Source of the DNA: Utricularia gibba
Taxonomy: Eukaryota; Plantae; Magnoliophyta
Length of the DNA stretch: 27,865 nucleotides
Direction: 5' to 3'
Assembly (NCBI GenBank): GCA_002189035.1
Contig: NEEC01000511.1
Span: 1-27,865, forward strand
Below, piece after piece: positions 23,853-27,865 of the stretch. Position 1 is the first letter of the stretch, and every line of letters starts with the position of its first letter. The notes under the pieces are model-generated. The model was not told where the DNA came from and did no database searches. It was given only the letters and a program-made list of their open reading frames with translations. Made by a program: the position numbers and the translations under genes.

Positions 23853-25086
23853 TCATGTGGGTGCACTGACATCGTAATTTAAACAATGCATCATTTTTTT
23901 TAATCGATTTGCATCCAGTTGACCTCATGAGCTCGGGTCAAGGACCAAGTTCCAGCGAGACTGGCCGCCACAAAACGAGAAGCGTTCCTTGAAAAACCAT
24001 GTAGGCAGCCCCCGAAAACGAACGATAATAAATACATCACTTTATTTGCCGGACTACAACTAACTCTCGGTGCAAGCCAAACATTACCTTTGTCCCGTTC
24101 CAGGTGCACCCAAAGACCGCCTGCTCAAGTATAAAGTAAGTTGTTGAAAAAATCATGTGGGTGCACGTGACATCATAATTTAAACAAATGCATCATTTTT
24201 TTTTATCGATTTGCATCCAGTTGACCTCATGAGCCATACAGAATCGGGTCAAGGACCAAGTTCCCAGCGAGACTGGCCGCCACAAAACGAGAAGCGGTTC
24301 CTTGAAAAACCATGTAGGCAGCCCCCGAAAACCGAACGATAATAAATACATCACTTTATTTGCCGGACTACAACTAACTCTCGGTGCAAGCCAAACATTA
24401 CCTTTGTCCCGTTCCAGGTGCACCCAAAGACCGCCTGCTCAAGTATAAAGTAAGTTGTTGAAAAATCATGTGGGTGCACGTGACATCATAATTTAAACAA
24501 ATGCATCATTTTTTTTAATCGATTTGCATCCAGTTGACCTCATGAGCCATACAGAATCGGGGTCAAGGACCAAGTTCCCAGCGAGACTGGCCGCCACAAA
24601 ACGAGAAGCGGTTCCTTGAAAAACCATGTAGGCAGCCCCCGAAAACGAACGATAATAAATACATCACTTTATTTGCCGGACTACAACTAACTCTCGGTGC
24701 AAGCCAAACTTACCTTTGTCCCGTTCCAGGTGCACCCAAAGACCGCCTGCTCAAGTATAAAGTAAGTTGTTGAAAAAATCATGTGGGTGCACGTGACATC
24801 ATAATTTAAACAAATGCATCATTTTTTTTAATCGATTTGCATCCAGTTGACCTCATGAGCCATACAGAATCGGGTCAAGGACCAAGTTCCCAGCGAGACT
24901 GGCCGCCACAAAACGAGAAGCGGTTCCTTGAAAAACCATGTAGGCAGCCCCGAAAACGAACGATAATAAATACATCACTTTATTTGCCGGACTACAACTA
25001 ACTCTCGATGCAAGCCAACCTTACCTTTGTCCCGTTCCAGTGCACCCAAACCGCCTGCTCAAGTATAAAGTAAGTTGTTGAAAAAA

Positions 25087-25374
25087 TCATGTGGGGTGCA
25101 CGTGATATCGTAATTTAAACAAATGCATCATTTATTCATGATTTGCATCCTTTTGACCTCATGAGCCATAAAGAATCGGGGCCCGGACCAAGTTCCTAGC
25201 GAGACTGGCCGCCACAAAACGAGAAGCGTTCCTTGAAAAACCATGTAGGCAGAAAACCGAACGTTAATAAATACATCACTTTCTTTGCCGGGCTACAACT
25301 GGGCCAAGCCAACTGACTTTTCCGTTCCAGTGCCCCAAACCGCCCCTCAAGTATAAAGTATGTTGTTAAAAAAA
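25087..25374 (+). repeat. Type B monomer with deletions (unit 82, 288 bp)
   Basis: GTGATATCG, CATCCTTTTG, CCATAAAG, GGGCCCGGACC, CCTAGCG and AAAGTATGTTGTTAAAA. Confidence 0.9.
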
Positions 25375-25687
25375 TCATGTGGGGTGCACGTGACATCGTA
25401 ATTTAAAAAATGCATCATTTTTTTTATTCGATTTGCATCCAGTTGACCTCATGAGCCATACAGAATGGGTCAAGGACCAAGTTCCCAGCGAGACTGGCCG
25501 CCACAAAACGAGAAGCGGTTCCTTGAAAAACCATGTAGGCAGCCCCCGAAAACCGAACGATAATAAATACATCACTTTATTTGCCGGACTACAACTAACT
25601 CTCGGTGCAAGCCAAACATTACCTTTGTCCCGTTCCAGGTGCACCCAAAGACCGCCTGCTCAAGTATAAAGTAAGTTGTTGAAAAAA

Positions 25688-25996
25688 TCATGTGGGGTGC
25701 ACGTGACATCATAATTTAAACAAATGCATCATTTTTTTTAATCGATTTGCATCCAGTTGACCTCATGAGCCATACAGAATCGGGTCAAGGACCAAGTTCC
25801 CAGCGAGACTGGCCGCCACAAAACGAGAAGCGTTCCTTGAAAAACCATGTAGGCAGCCCCGAAAACCGAACGATAATAAATACATCACTTTATTTGCCGG
25901 ACTACAACTAACTTCGGTGCAAGCCAAGCTGACTTTTTGTCCGGTTCCATGCCCCCAAAGACCGCCTGCTCAAGTATAAAGTAAGTTGTTAAAAAA
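25688..25996 (+). repeat. A monomer with a B-like 3' patch (unit 84)
   Basis: AAGCTGACTTTTTGTCCGGTTCCATGCCCCC and GTTGTTAAAA. Confidence 0.75.
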
Positions 25997-27250
25997 TCAT
26001 GTGGGGTGCACGTGACATCATAATTTAAACAAATGCATCATTTTTTTTAATCGATTTGCATCCAGTTGACCTCATGAGCCATACAGAATCGGGGTCAAGG
26101 ACCAAGTTCCAGCGAGACTGGCCGCCACAAAACGAGAAGCGGTTCCTTGAAAAACCATGTAGGCAGCCCCCGAAAACGAACGATAATAAATACATCACTT
26201 TATTTGCCGGACTACAACTAACTCTCGGTGCAAGCCAAACATTACCTTTGTCCCGTTCCAGGTGCACCCAAAGACCGCCTGCTCAAGTATAAAGTAAGTT
26301 GTTGAAAAAATCATGTGGGGTGCACGTGACATCATAATTTAAACAAATGCATCATTTTTTTAATCGATTTGCATCCAGTTGACCTCATGAGCCATACAGA
26401 ATCGGGGTCAAGGACCAAGTTCCCAGCGAGACTGGCCGCCACAAAACGAGAAGCGGTTCCTTGAAAAACCATGTAGGCAGCCCCGAAAACCGAACGATAA
26501 TAAATACATCACTTTATTTGCCGACTACAACTAACTCTCGGTGCAAGCCAAAATTACCTTTGTCCCGTTCCAGGTGCACCCAAAGACCGCCTGCTCAAGT
26601 ATAAAGTAAGTTGTTGAAAAAATCATGTGGGGTGCACGTGACATCATAATTTAAACAAATGCATCATTTTTTTTAATCGATTTGCATCCAGTTGACCTCA
26701 TGAGCCATACAGAATCGGGGTCAAGGACCAAGTTCCCAGCGAGACTGGCCGCCACAAAACGAGAAGCGGTTCCTTGAAAAACCATGTAGGCAGCCCCCGA
26801 AAAACGAACGATAATAAATACATCACTTTATTTGCCGGACTACAACTAACTCTCGGTGCAAGCCAAACATTACCTTTGTCCCGTTCCAGGTGCACCCAAA
26901 GACCGCCTGCTCAAGTATAAAGTAAGTTGTTGAAAAAATCATGTGGGGTGCACGTGACATCATAATTTAAACAAATGCATCATTTTTTTTAATCGATTTG
27001 CATCCAGTTGACCTCATGAGCCATACAGAATCGGGTCAAGGACCAAGTTCCCGAGACTGGCCGCCACAAAACGAGAAGCGGTTCCTTGAAAAACCATGTA
27101 GGCAGCCCCCGAAAACCGAACGATAATAAATACATCACTTTATTTGCCGACTACAACTAACTCTCGGTGCAAGCCAAACATTACCTTTGTCCCGTTCCAG
27201 GTGCACCCAAAGACCGCCTGCTCAAGTATAAAGTAAGTTGTTTGAAAAAA

Positions 27251-27557
27251 TCATGTGGGGTGCACGTGACATCATAATTTAAACAAATGCATCATTTTTT
27301 TTAATCGATTTGCATCCAGTTGACCTCATGAGCCATACAGAATCGGGGGTCAAGGACCAAGTTCCCAGCGAGACTGGCCGCCACAAAACGAAAGCGGTTC
27401 CTTGAAAAACCATGTAGGCAGCCCCGAAAACCGAACGATAATAAATACATCACTTTATTTGCCGGACTACAACTAACTCTCGTGCAAGCCAACCTTTGTC
27501 CGGTTCTCTTCCCCCCCCAAGACCGCCTGCTCAAGTATAAAGTAAGTTGTTAAAAAA
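27251..27557 (+). repeat. A monomer with a degenerate B-like 3' patch (unit 89)
   Basis: GTCCGGTTCTCTTCCCCCCCCAAG and GTTGTTAAAA. Confidence 0.65.
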
Positions 27558-27865
27558 TCATGTGGGGTGCACGTGACATCATAATTTAAACAAATGCATC
27601 ATTTTTTTTAATCGATTTGCATCCAGTTGACCTCATGAGCCATACAGAATCGGGGTCAAGGACCAAGTTCCCAGCGAGACTGGCCGCCACAAAACGAGAA
27701 GCGGTTCCTTGAAAAACCATGTAGGCAGCCCCCGAAAACGAACGATAATAAATACATCACTTTATTTGCCGGACTACAACTAACTCTCGGTGCAAGCCAA
27801 ACATTACCTTTGTCCCGTTCCAGGTGCACCCAAAGACCGCCTGCTCAAGTATAAAGTAAGTTGTT

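Larger units (their letters stand above)
1..27865. repeat. Tandem satellite-like array, 90 head-to-tail copies of a ~316-bp monomer, filling the window with no flank on either side
   Basis: The anchor TCATGTGGG(G) recurs at 1, 310, 623, 938, 1252, 1564, 1874, 2164, 2465, 2778, 3091 ... 26939, 27251, 27558. There are 90 starts, unit lengths are 279-316 bp (most 307-316), and all are in the same orientation. Confidence 0.99.

Noticed and set aside
27481-27520. TTCTCTTCCCCCCCC run in unit 89 as a possible insertion
   Set aside because: It replaces monomer sequence of similar length at an A/B-divergent site, which fits local consensus noise better than foreign DNA.
29-27534. All 60-104 aa ORFs in the track (the WLAPRVSCSPANKVMYLLSF and MHPVDLMSH families)
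   Set aside because: They are the same monomer frames recurring. Starts, stops and frame joins change with 1-bp homopolymer indels, many use non-ATG starts, and I recognise no domain.
1-27865. CRISPR array
   Set aside because: There are no unique spacers; the entire 316-bp unit is repeated, and no cas genes are present.
1-27865. Rolling-circle concatemer of a single ~316-nt circle (viroid-like RNA or amplification artefact)
   Set aside because: One template would not yield B and C classes with dozens of linked substitutions in ordered positions. A larger multi-monomer circle is not excluded.

Overview
The whole 27,865-bp window is one uninterrupted head-to-tail tandem array of 90 copies of a ~316-bp monomer (hand-counted consensus ~45% GC). 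It has no unique flank, no inversion and no insertion. I find no credible gene: every ORF in the track is a recurring frame of the same monomer, and stop codons close all six frames once per unit. The structure is layered. (1) The monomer is itself a diverged dimer of ~158-bp halves, with homologous motifs at offset 159. (2) A divergent monomer type B (~85% identical to the dominant type A by hand count) recurs every ~3-9 units, is nearly always followed by a recognisable type C and is usually preceded by a 'CCTTACC' allele, which suggests a higher-order repeat. (3) A central block of 18 units (6470-12109) lacks B and C. Copy-to-copy noise is almost all short deletions, and many B units are fine A/B mosaics with gaps at the diagnostic sites, so long-read consensus blurring is likely. 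Best reading (inference): eukaryotic satellite DNA of nucleosomal period, possibly centromeric or subtelomeric. The organism and family cannot be identified from the sequence alone, and I see no supportable new protein-coding system.
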